Of a stretch of DNA of 64,000 nucleotides, positions 39,413 through 48,275 are shown one piece after another. The DNA is taken from sequence record SRR22947727_339, one strand, 5' to 3'. The stretch's first letter is position 1. Every line of letters begins with the position of its first letter. Both the position numbers and the translations under genes were made by a program. The notes under the pieces are model-generated. The model saw only the letters and a program-made list of their open reading frames with translations. It did not search any database and was not told where the DNA came from.

Positions 39413-40170
39413 CTATCGAAATTGATCTGACGGGTAAGACTATAATTATAACAGGCGCCGCCGGCGGCATAGGGTCGGGCACCGTCGAAATATTTACGCG
39501 AGCTGGTGCTAATTTGATTTTGACCGATATTGCGCCTGCGGTTGTAGAGCAGGCGGAGCGTATCAAGGCATCGGGCGGGCACGCTATCGGCGTAGTTGCG
39601 GATGTGACCGATAGTGACCAGGTTGCAAATGTCGTCGAAATCGGGGTGAAAGAATTTGGTCAACTGGATTTCGCATTTAACAATGCCGGAATTAGCGGAG
39701 TTCAGAAAAGGCTCGAGGATTTGACGGCTGTTGAATGGGATCGAATTCTCCAGATAAATCTTTCCAGCGTCGCCTATTGTATGCGAGCGCAGGTTAAGGC
39801 CATGTTAAAAACCGGCGGGGGAGTCATCATCAATAATTCCTCCGTTTTGGGTCTGGGTGTTTTCCCAGATCAAAGCATGGTCTATTCAGCCGCCAAGCAT
39901 GGTCTGATTGGATTGACCAAACAGGCGGCGGCCAATCACGGCAAAGACAATATTCGTATCAATGCCATCTGTCCCGGCCTTGTCGTGACATCCGTGCTGA
40001 AACGCGACGGGACATCCGACAAGGTCGAAGCCCTAAAACAACGCATTCCATTGGGGCGAACAGGGCTTCCAGAGGATATGGGCAAAATGGTCCTGGCGCT
40101 CTGCTCGGATTTAGGAGCATATGTGACGGGCGCGACCATCCTCGTGGATGGCGGTTTTTCGCTGAACTAA
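39409..40170 (+). CDS. Classical short-chain dehydrogenase/reductase
   Basis: TGAAGGIG, NNAG, YSAAK, NAICPG, VDGG. Confidence 0.92.
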   Translation: MTIEIDLTGKTIIITGAAGGIGSGTVEIFTRAGANLILTDIAPAVVEQAERIKASGGHAIGVVADVTDSDQVANVVEIGVKEFGQLDFAFNNAGISGVQKRLEDLTAVEWDRILQINLSSVAYCMRAQVKAMLKTGGGVIINNSSVLGLGVFPDQSMVYSAAKHGLIGLTKQAAANHGKDNIRINAICPGLVVTSVLKRDGTSDKVEALKQRIPLGRTGLPEDMGKMVLALCSDLGAYVTGATILVDGGFSLN

Positions 40171-40174
40171 CATA

Positions 40175-41281
40175 ATGAACTTGTCTTATCTCTTCCGCGT
40201 AGTCTTAATTCCGTCGGCAGTATTTTTATCAGTTATTTTTGGTGGCGCTTACGGATCGGGCCGAGAAATTGTCGCCTATATCAGCTCCAACGGCCCTTAT
40301 GGAGGATTGATATCCATTGGCACAATATTTCTGTTTTACAGCCTCGTTCTGTTTATGTGTTTTGAAATCGCGCGATTGTTCAAGACTTATGATTATAGCG
40401 AATTTTCGAAGATATTACTCAAGCGTGCTTGGCCGCTCTACGAAATTCTTATCATGATTGGCCTTATTATTACGCTAGCCATTTGCGCCTCTGCAGCAGG
40501 GGCTATTTCCTATGACCATTTCGGGATATCTGCGATTATTGGCGGCGCTATTCTCTTGGCCATTATTGTGACTCTCAACTTTTTTGGACGCAGCGTCGTC
40601 GAGAAATCAATGATGCTCGGCGTTGGTGCATTGGGTGTGGCGGTGTTTTATCTATTGCTCTCAAGCCTTTCCAAATTCGGCGCCGACATAAGCGGCACAT
40701 TTACAGCGGCTGAAAACACCATGCTAGGCGCTGTAAAAAGCGGGCTGACCTACGCCCAAACCAGTGGCGGATTTATTCCAATATTGCTATATTGCGCCAT
40801 ATCGCTGCGCTCCCGCAAAGAAGTCGCCGCCGCTGCCGTCATAGCAGCTTTTATTTCAATGCTGCCAGCCATTGCCCTCCATCTATCGTTCATGGCGAAT
40901 TATCGAGAGATTACCGAGCAGACTGTTCCGGCCTATTGGATGGTGGAAAAAGCGACCTCGCCATTATTTCTCAACATTTACATATTGATTGTATTTGTCA
41001 TGGTGGCGCAAACTGGAGTCGGATTACTGCACGGGGTTCTCGAACGTGTTGATGATTTTTTAAAAGAACGTCGCGGAAGACCGCTAAACTCTGTTGGACG
41101 TGGATTGGTCGCAGCCGGAGCTTTTCTCATCAGCTTGTTGTTTGCGTCCATGGGGTTGGTGGACTTGATATTCCGGGCGTTCACCTTTTTCTCAAACGCT
41201 TTTCTGCTGGTTTTTTTTCTGCCGCTATTCACTTATGGAATCTGGTTAGTGTGGAAAAACAGGGAGCCTATTGATGACTAA
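40175..41281 (+). CDS. YkvI-like polytopic membrane protein (putative amino-acid permease)
   Basis: FGGAYGSGREI motif, ~10 hydrophobic segments. Confidence 0.7.
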   Translation: MNLSYLFRVVLIPSAVFLSVIFGGAYGSGREIVAYISSNGPYGGLISIGTIFLFYSLVLFMCFEIARLFKTYDYSEFSKILLKRAWPLYEILIMIGLIITLAICASAAGAISYDHFGISAIIGGAILLAIIVTLNFFGRSVVEKSMMLGVGALGVAVFYLLLSSLSKFGADISGTFTAAENTMLGAVKSGLTYAQTSGGFIPILLYCAISLRSRKEVAAAAVIAAFISMLPAIALHLSFMANYREITEQTVPAYWMVEKATSPLFLNIYILIVFVMVAQTGVGLLHGVLERVDDFLKERRGRPLNSVGRGLVAAGAFLISLLFASMGLVDLIFRAFTFFSNAFLLVFFLPLFTYGIWLVWKNREPIDD

Positions 41282-42128
41282 ATTGTCAGGTCAAACAGTC
41301 CTAATCACAGGCGCTGCGCAAGGCATTGGGCTTGCGCTGTCCGAAGTGTGCGCCGGGGAGGACATGAAAATCATCATGTCCGATATAGATTCCGCTTTAC
41401 TTGAAAGCTCTGCCAATGCGGTTCGCAAGATGGGCGGCTCGATCACAACGATTAAGATGGACGTCACGAAACCGGATGATTGGGCTCGCGCAAAGTCTAA
41501 AATCACGAAGGAATTAGGCGGGCTGGATATTCTCATCAATAATGCCGGCCTCTTGGGGACACCGGCGCGAAGCTGGGAAGTGGAACCTGAGGAATGGGAA
41601 CGGGTATTTAATTTAAACCTTTACGGCATGATTCACGGCATTCGCGCCTTTGTGCCGGATATGATTGCGCGCGGCTCCAGAGCGCATATCGTCAATCTGT
41701 CATCCGTCGCCGGACATACGGTGCAGCCCTTTACGAGTCCCTATCATGTCAGCAAATTCGGGGTCACCGCAGTCACAGAAAGCCTAGTCCATGAATTTGA
41801 TATAATAGGAGCCGATATTGGCCTGACCCTAGTCTGCCCGGGCTTTACGAAGACCAATATTCTGGATGAGAAAAACCTGCCGTCACCACTAGATAATGAC
41901 CCCCATATGAGCTTTTTGAGACAGGCTTTTATCGGGGGAATTGGCAAGGGTGTTGCCGCAATTGATGTTGCAAAGGCCGCGATGGACGCCGTAAAAGATG
42001 ATCGGTTCTATGTGTTTACAAGCCCGGGTACGCTGGACTACGCGACGGAAAGATTTGAGAAAATTTCTAAATTGGAAAACCCAATGCTTAACGTGATAAT
42101 GCGTGAACGATATCTCACAAAGGAGTAG
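41274..42128 (+). CDS. Short-chain dehydrogenase/reductase
   Basis: TGAAQGIG, NNAG, YHVSK, VCPG. Confidence 0.9.
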   Translation: MTKLSGQTVLITGAAQGIGLALSEVCAGEDMKIIMSDIDSALLESSANAVRKMGGSITTIKMDVTKPDDWARAKSKITKELGGLDILINNAGLLGTPARSWEVEPEEWERVFNLNLYGMIHGIRAFVPDMIARGSRAHIVNLSSVAGHTVQPFTSPYHVSKFGVTAVTESLVHEFDIIGADIGLTLVCPGFTKTNILDEKNLPSPLDNDPHMSFLRQAFIGGIGKGVAAIDVAKAAMDAVKDDRFYVFTSPGTLDYATERFEKISKLENPMLNVIMRERYLTKE

Positions 42129-42134
42129 TGTTTT

Positions 42135-43202
42135 ATGAGTGAAGAAAGCCGTTATTTTGATGCGTCTGATAAGGCGTATGCTTTTGTCAAAAGCATTGTA
42201 ACAATAGATTCCCTTGCCGCTTGTGTAGATCATTGCTGGCCACGCGAGGAAATGTTCGAGGAATATCACGGGCGCGCCATTGAGGCCGGCATTGACGTCA
42301 TAGGAATGACAGTGAGTTATGGTCAAAATGATTTCATGACCATGCAAAAACAAGCCTCGCACTTTTTGCAGCATGTTTATGGCGACGTTGAGAGATTTGA
42401 AATCGTACGCAAAGTTGGTGATATTCAGCGCATGCATGACGAGGGCAAGCACGGCTTATATTTTTGCGCCCAAGGCTGCGAACTCTTGAACAATGACCCC
42501 GAGCACTTCGCGCCGATTGTTAAAAATGCCGGCGTCGGGACTGTGGCGCTTGCCTATAATGAGCGCTTTCGCGCTGGCGATGGATGCCTGGTCAAGAATG
42601 CCGATAAGGTCACTTATTACGGTCAAAAAGTTATCGATGCTCTGCATCAAAACCATATCCTTTTAGACTTAAGTCATGCATCAACGGCGACGGCTTTAAG
42701 CGCCATGGAATACAGCATCAAGACGGCTCCAGAAACGCCAGTGGTCTATACCCACTCAACACCTCTCGCCATTTGTGATATTTACCGCAATATGCGTGAT
42801 GAAGAGATTGAAATGTGCGCCTCGACGGGCGGTGTTATTTCGATCGTCACTCTGCCTTGGTTTATCGTTGACCCGATGGCGCAAGAAACCGAACCGCATC
42901 ATATTGTTCGAGCAATTGATTACGTTCGTGATTTGGTCGGGATCGATCATATAGGATTATCCTCAGATGATGCTTATAGTTGGGCTCCTGCCTGGGAGTG
43001 GGCTTTGAACAAGCCCGAAATGTACCAAGACGGGGGAGTTACGGCCAGAGCCGCCATAAACAAACCGTGCGGCGTCGCAGAGGCCGCTAAAGTCTACCCT
43101 GCCATTGTCGATCTCATGTGGGAAGGCGGCTATTCTGACGAGGACATCAAGAAGGTGCTGGGCGGTAATCTAATGCGCGTCTACGGGCAGGTATGGGGAT
43201 AG
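42135..43202 (+). CDS. Membrane dipeptidase (M19) family amidohydrolase
   Basis: LAYN, LDLSH, YTHS, RN..DE, GIDHIGLSSD, LGGNLMRV. Confidence 0.82.
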   Translation: MSEESRYFDASDKAYAFVKSIVTIDSLAACVDHCWPREEMFEEYHGRAIEAGIDVIGMTVSYGQNDFMTMQKQASHFLQHVYGDVERFEIVRKVGDIQRMHDEGKHGLYFCAQGCELLNNDPEHFAPIVKNAGVGTVALAYNERFRAGDGCLVKNADKVTYYGQKVIDALHQNHILLDLSHASTATALSAMEYSIKTAPETPVVYTHSTPLAICDIYRNMRDEEIEMCASTGGVISIVTLPWFIVDPMAQETEPHHIVRAIDYVRDLVGIDHIGLSSDDAYSWAPAWEWALNKPEMYQDGGVTARAAINKPCGVAEAAKVYPAIVDLMWEGGYSDEDIKKVLGGNLMRVYGQVWG

Positions 43203-43332
43203 TCGAAATGCTCGGAACTGTCCAAGCGCGCAATATCTCTGTCTTAAAGGGCACAAACGCAGCGTATATATTGAGGTCAGCTTCGTTGTTGCGATAGATA
43301 AACACAACCGCAAAGACGGATGGGAGAAATAA

Positions 43333-45006
43333 ATGAGTCAAAAAGCGCATCATGTCGGGGAAACTGCGCCGATGATCGAAATGACCATTGGCGACAAGCT
43401 CGAAGAAATAGCAGCGGCCAATCCCTACCATCCGGCATTGATTATGCCCCATCAGGATATTCGCTGGAGCTATGAAGAGTTTAACGGGCAGGTTGACCGT
43501 TTTGCCGCCGGGCTTATCCATATGGGAATCGAAAAAGGTGACCGTGTTGGTATCTGGTCACCCAACCGGGTCGAGTGGGTATTGACGCAATTTGCGACCG
43601 CGAAAATCGGGGCCATTATGGTTTGCGTTAATCCGGCCTATCGTTTGTTCGAGCTTGAATATGTGCTTAATAAGGTCGGATGTAAGGCGCTGGTGACTGC
43701 TGAGATTTTCAAGACCAGCTCTTATCTTGATATGCTCAATGAATTAGCGCCCGAACTGAGTGACTGCGCGCCAGGCGCTCTTAAATCCCAGAAGTTTCCA
43801 CATCTCACAACCGTCATCCGAATGGGCGATGGTAAATCACCCGGCATGTATAATTTCGATAATGTGATGGATATGGGGACTGAAAGTGACGCCAAAGCGG
43901 CCAAAGCAGTAGCAAGAACTCTGCACGCCAATGACAACATCAATATCCAGTTTACCAGCGGCACGACCGGCACGCCCAAAGGCGCAACGCTCAGTCACCG
44001 TAATATTCTGAACAATGCCTTTTTGTCCGCCCGGAGTATGCGTCTGACATCTGTTGACAGGCTCTGTATTCCAGTTCCCCTTTACCATTGTTTTGGCATG
44101 GTACTGGGAACGCTGCTTTGCGTTAGTGTTGGCGCGACAATGGTTTCTCCGGGCGAGGTGTTTGAACCGGAACAGACCTTGCGAACGGCTTCCGAGGAAA
44201 AATGTACGGCGCTTCACGGCGTGCCGACCATGTTTATCGCCCAGCTTGATTTGCCGAATTTCAAGGACTTTGACGTCGGCCCTTTGCGTACGGGTATCAT
44301 CGCGGGTTCCACTTGCCCCGTGGAGCTAATGAACCGCATGATCAAAGATATGGAGCTGACCGAGATTGTCATTGGCTACGGCCAGACGGAATGTAGCCCG
44401 ATTAATACAATGACAGCGATTGAAGACAGTTTTGAACAACGGGTTTCAACAGTAGGGCGGGCTCATTATAACTGGCAGCAAAAAATCATCAGGGAAGATG
44501 GGACTACGGCCAATATTGGTGAGCAGGGTGAAGTTTGTTCAAAAGGTTATGGCGTCATGGCCGGATATTGGGACGAAGCTGAACGTACGGCAGAGACAAT
44601 AGATAAAGATGGTTATCTTCATTCTGGTGATCTGGGGGAAATGGACGCTCACGGTTATGTTAAAATTACAGGACGGATCAAAGATATGATTATTCGCGGC
44701 GGGGAGAATATCTATCCGCGCGAGGTCGAGGAATACCTCTATACCCATTCGGAAATTGCGGAAGCGCAAGTCTTTGGTATTCCGGACGCAAAATATGGTG
44801 AACAGGTCTGTGCTTGGATACAACTCCGTCCCGGCTCAAGCTTGAGTGCGAGTGATATTCACGCCTATTGCCAAGGGCAAATTACACATTTCAAAATTCC
44901 AAAGCATATTAGAATTGTCCGAGAGTTTCCGATGACCGTAACGGGGAAAATGCAGAAATTTGTCATGCGTGATGCAATGGCCGAGGAACTGGGGCTCAAA
45001 GCGTGA
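43333..45006 (+). CDS. Acyl-CoA synthetase (ACSF2/LiuE-associated AMP-binding type)
   Basis: IQFTSGTTGTPKG, PLYHCFG, YGQTECSP, HSGDLG, PMTVTGKMQKF. Confidence 0.92.
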   Translation: MSQKAHHVGETAPMIEMTIGDKLEEIAAANPYHPALIMPHQDIRWSYEEFNGQVDRFAAGLIHMGIEKGDRVGIWSPNRVEWVLTQFATAKIGAIMVCVNPAYRLFELEYVLNKVGCKALVTAEIFKTSSYLDMLNELAPELSDCAPGALKSQKFPHLTTVIRMGDGKSPGMYNFDNVMDMGTESDAKAAKAVARTLHANDNINIQFTSGTTGTPKGATLSHRNILNNAFLSARSMRLTSVDRLCIPVPLYHCFGMVLGTLLCVSVGATMVSPGEVFEPEQTLRTASEEKCTALHGVPTMFIAQLDLPNFKDFDVGPLRTGIIAGSTCPVELMNRMIKDMELTEIVIGYGQTECSPINTMTAIEDSFEQRVSTVGRAHYNWQQKIIREDGTTANIGEQGEVCSKGYGVMAGYWDEAERTAETIDKDGYLHSGDLGEMDAHGYVKITGRIKDMIIRGGENIYPREVEEYLYTHSEIAEAQVFGIPDAKYGEQVCAWIQLRPGSSLSASDIHAYCQGQITHFKIPKHIRIVREFPMTVTGKMQKFVMRDAMAEELGLKA

Positions 45007-45725
45007 AGACCCTAGGTCTTATTGGCGGTTTGACGGTTCAAAGCACAGCCGTCTATTACCAAAAGCTACATGATGCCATGCGTGCAAAAACTGGTGATGA
45101 TAAAACCTCTGAATTGCTTATGTGGTCTTTTAATTACGAGGATGTCCTACCTCTCTATCTGCATAATAAGCCCGGTTACATTGAAGCGGTGGCGGATGCG
45201 GGATTAAGGCTCAGAAGTGCGGGCGCAGACGGATTGATGATTTTATCCAATTCTGCGCATATGGGGGCGAAGAATTTGGCCGATGTCACCGGCCTGCCAG
45301 TCATCCATATTCTCGATGCTATTGCCGCTGAGATAAAAATGCGCAATCTGAAACGGCCACTCGTTATCGGTACGGATTTTGTCATGGAGGGAGATTACTA
45401 CTTACCAGGGCTAAAATCTCGCGTGCCCGTCGATCCGATTGTCCCAAGCCCGGAAGACGTCAAAACGCTCGATAAAATTCTGTTCACAGAGCTAGCTTAC
45501 GGCAATGTCAAAGACACTTCACGGCGGTTCTATATCGATGTCATCGACAAGGCAGAGAAGCGGGGCGCGGACAGTGTCATCCTTGGCTGCACGGAACACT
45601 GCATGTTGCTAGATCAATCCCATCACAAACTGCCCATGCTCGACTCAACCGCGCTACATATCAAGGCCGCTGTCGATTTTCAGCTTTTCAGCTTTTCAGT
45701 TAAGCATTCCAAGAGGTTCCTATGA
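45003..45725 (+). CDS. Aspartate/glutamate racemase family protein (YgeA/RacX-like)
   Basis: MKTLGLIGG...ST..YY, SNSAH, LPVIHI, ILGCTE, DSTALH. Confidence 0.85.
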   Translation: MKTLGLIGGLTVQSTAVYYQKLHDAMRAKTGDDKTSELLMWSFNYEDVLPLYLHNKPGYIEAVADAGLRLRSAGADGLMILSNSAHMGAKNLADVTGLPVIHILDAIAAEIKMRNLKRPLVIGTDFVMEGDYYLPGLKSRVPVDPIVPSPEDVKTLDKILFTELAYGNVKDTSRRFYIDVIDKAEKRGADSVILGCTEHCMLLDQSHHKLPMLDSTALHIKAAVDFQLFSFSVKHSKRFL

Positions 45726-47326
45726 TTGGCACTATGCAACAATCACCAACCAATCTTATCGACATTCTGAATCACGCGGCGAGATGGCATGGTGAGCAGG
45801 AAATCGTCACGTATTCTGTTGAAGGTGACATTCGCCGCAGTAATTATTCCAAACTGCATGAGCGTACCGCTCAACTGGCCCATGCTTTGACGGATGTTGG
45901 GCTTAAGGCCGGCGAATGCCTGGGTACTCTTGCCTGGAACACAGATAGGCATGTCGAGACATGGTACGCGACCGCGGGGCTCGGTGTAATTTGTCATACA
46001 ATTAATCCGAGATTACCCGATGCGCAGCTTGTTTTCATTATAAATGACGCAGCCGATAAAATCCTGTTCGTGGATTTGAGTTTTGTCGACATTGTCGAGC
46101 GCATTTTGCCCGAATTAAAAACGGTAAAGCAAGTCGTCGTGATGACTGACAATGAGCATATGGCCGGGCTTAATTCTGACTGGATTTGCTATGAAGACTT
46201 CTTAGACGGGCAGAGCAATCAATATGAATGGGTGAGTGTCGATATCCACACGCCATCGTCCATTTGCTACACATCAGGAACAACCGGTGACCCCAAAGGA
46301 GTGGTGTATTCACATTATTCAAATCTCATTCACACTTTTATGTCGGTGCAAAAAGACGCCTTCAATCTAGGCTCTGGTGATAATGTATTAATGATTGTGC
46401 CGATGTTTCATGCAAACTCTTGGGGACTTGCATATGCCCTGCCGATGGTGGGCGCAAAAATGGTACTTCCGGGGCCTCATCTAGGCGGCGCGGACGTCTG
46501 TAAATTAATTCAGGACGAAGCGGTCAATACGTCTGCGGCAGTTCCAACAGTTTGGACGATGCTGCTCAATCACCTTTCAGATACAGGTGAAACCATTCCG
46601 ACAATGAAAGATGTCATTGTTGGGGGTTCAGCCGTTCCAAAATCCATGATCGAAACCTTCAAGTCGAAATATGACGTGAACATTATTCAAGCTTGGGGCA
46701 TGACCGAAATGAGTCCCCTCGGAACCTTGTCGCGCGGACGGGCCATAGACGGCGAAGAAACCATCACTGATAAGTGCCGACAGGGGCGCGTATTTTTCGG
46801 TGTCGATATGAAAATCGTCAATGATACGGGCGATGAACTTGAGCGAGACGGCAAAGTTTTCGGACGCCTCATGGTCAAAGGTCCGGTGGTTGTTGACCGC
46901 TATCACAACAAGGACTCATCCGCGCTAGAAGCTGGGTGGTTCGACACAGGAGATATCGCGACAATCAATGCAAAGGGCTCGATGGGAATTACGGACCGTT
47001 CAAAAGACGTGATAAAATCGGGCGGAGAGTGGATTAGCTCCGTTGATATGGAAAATGCGGCCATCTCTCATCCGTCTGTTAATCTGGCGGCCTGTATCGG
47101 AATTTATCACCCGAAATGGGAGGAACGGCCATTGCTGGTCGTCATGCTTCACCCTGAAAATGAACTTGACAAACCGGCAATATTAGATGTGATCGCAAAT
47201 GATTTTGCCCGCTGGCAACTGCCTAATGATATTGTTGTCATTGAAAACATGCCCCTGACCGGTACCGGTAAACTGGACAAAAAAGTTTTGCGCGCCCGCT
47301 TCGAAGACCATTACACAAGGACGTAA
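45722..47326 (+). CDS. Medium-chain fatty-acid CoA ligase (AlkK/DmdB-like)
   Basis: [53 protein letters not shown]. Confidence 0.9.
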   Translation: MIGTMQQSPTNLIDILNHAARWHGEQEIVTYSVEGDIRRSNYSKLHERTAQLAHALTDVGLKAGECLGTLAWNTDRHVETWYATAGLGVICHTINPRLPDAQLVFIINDAADKILFVDLSFVDIVERILPELKTVKQVVVMTDNEHMAGLNSDWICYEDFLDGQSNQYEWVSVDIHTPSSICYTSGTTGDPKGVVYSHYSNLIHTFMSVQKDAFNLGSGDNVLMIVPMFHANSWGLAYALPMVGAKMVLPGPHLGGADVCKLIQDEAVNTSAAVPTVWTMLLNHLSDTGETIPTMKDVIVGGSAVPKSMIETFKSKYDVNIIQAWGMTEMSPLGTLSRGRAIDGEETITDKCRQGRVFFGVDMKIVNDTGDELERDGKVFGRLMVKGPVVVDRYHNKDSSALEAGWFDTGDIATINAKGSMGITDRSKDVIKSGGEWISSVDMENAAISHPSVNLAACIGIYHPKWEERPLLVVMLHPENELDKPAILDVIANDFARWQLPNDIVVIENMPLTGTGKLDKKVLRARFEDHYTRT

Positions 47327-47329
47327 TTT

Positions 47330-47521
47330 ATGAAAACCGACATCTGTGATAAGCTTGGCATAGACGTACCCATATTCGCTTTTAGCCATTGCCGGGATGT
47401 TGTGGTGGCGGTCAGCAAAGCCGGTGGTATTGGTGTGCACGGCGCGGGAACTTATACTCCGGAAAAGCTGCGCGAGGAGCTAGACTGGATCGATGCTCAT
47501 ATTAAAGACCTGTTTGACTAA
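47330..47521 (+). pseudogene. 5' fragment of a nitronate monooxygenase / 2-nitropropane dioxygenase family gene
   Basis: MKTDICDKLGIDVPIFAFSHCRDVVVAVSKAGGIGV...ELDWIDAH, then stop after 63 aa; family members are several times longer. Confidence 0.75.
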
Positions 47522-47600
47522 GAAGCAGCGCTGTATCGCGCCCCAAACCTGTTCCGCCACCCGTAATAATGATGACTTTATTTCTTATACTTTCGCTCAT
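47502..47600 (-). pseudogene. 5' fragment of an SDR oxidoreductase (not in ORF track)
   Basis: Reverse strand reads MSESIRNKVIIITGGGTGLGRDTALLLSQTGL* (TGxxxGxG Rossmann motif); its ATG overlaps the RidA stop (ATGA). Confidence 0.75.
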
Positions 47601-48079
47601 TTGAACGTGACCTCAGCTTCTATTTCGACGGGTAGATCAAATGGCAAGCTCGCCATGCCAACAGCACTGCGCGCGTGCTGACCTATTTTGGGGCCAAAGA
47701 CTTGCGTAATGGTTTCGGAAAATCCGTTTATGACCGGTGTATGGTCCTTAAAGCCGGGCACAGCATTGACCATGCCTAAAACCTTCACCCAAGCTGTTAT
47801 TCTGTCCAAATCCCCCAAAGTAGCCTTAAGGGTTCCGAGCATAGCCAGCGCCGTAAGGTGAGCAGCATGTTTGGCTTCTTCTTGGGTTACCTTGCCTCCC
47901 ACTTGCCCCAAAGGCTGGGCGATAGAACCGTCAGGATTGAGAGCCGCGTGGCCGGATATAATACATCTATGACCTATGATATGGGCCATAGACATATAGC
48001 TTTGCATGGTTTTAGGAACAGGGAATGGTGGCGGAAGTGTAAACCCGAGGGTTTTAAGACGGTTTTCTATTTGGCTCAT
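47597..48079 (-). CDS. RidA/YjgF-family protein
   Basis: IENRLKTLG.TLP, ISGH, VKVLGMVN, VINGFS, HARSAVG, VEIEA. Confidence 0.88.
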   Translation of the reverse strand: MSQIENRLKTLGFTLPPPFPVPKTMQSYMSMAHIIGHRCIISGHAALNPDGSIAQPLGQVGGKVTQEEAKHAAHLTALAMLGTLKATLGDLDRITAWVKVLGMVNAVPGFKDHTPVINGFSETITQVFGPKIGQHARSAVGMASLPFDLPVEIEAEVTFK

Positions 48080-48275
48080 GCGGTATCCTCCCTAGAATAT
48101 TGGAACTATTTTAGCATAGCTGTAAATTGAATTGGCGAATTCTTTTGGTCAATTTAAGCAAGCTATGTGGCAATGTTAATCAATCCATGGCCCTTTGAGA
48201 AAGTGAAATAAAAAACCCATTGACACACCGAGCGGGAGGGCTTCCCTATAGATCAGGTCCTTGGCAAATAACATT

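Noticed and set aside
10450-47326. DMSP demethylation pathway (dmdA/dmdB/dmdC) from the GcvT-like gene, DmdB-like ligase and acyl-CoA dehydrogenases
   Set aside because: Genes are scattered, the GcvT-like protein looks closer to the SoxA C-domain, and the dehydrogenases are short forms; this cannot be supported without phylogeny
400-48249. TTCCCTAT present near both island edges (400-407 and 48242-48249) as a possible att/target duplication
   Set aside because: Only 8 bp, the left copy lies inside a CDS, and no integrase or tRNA is adjacent; chance is plausible
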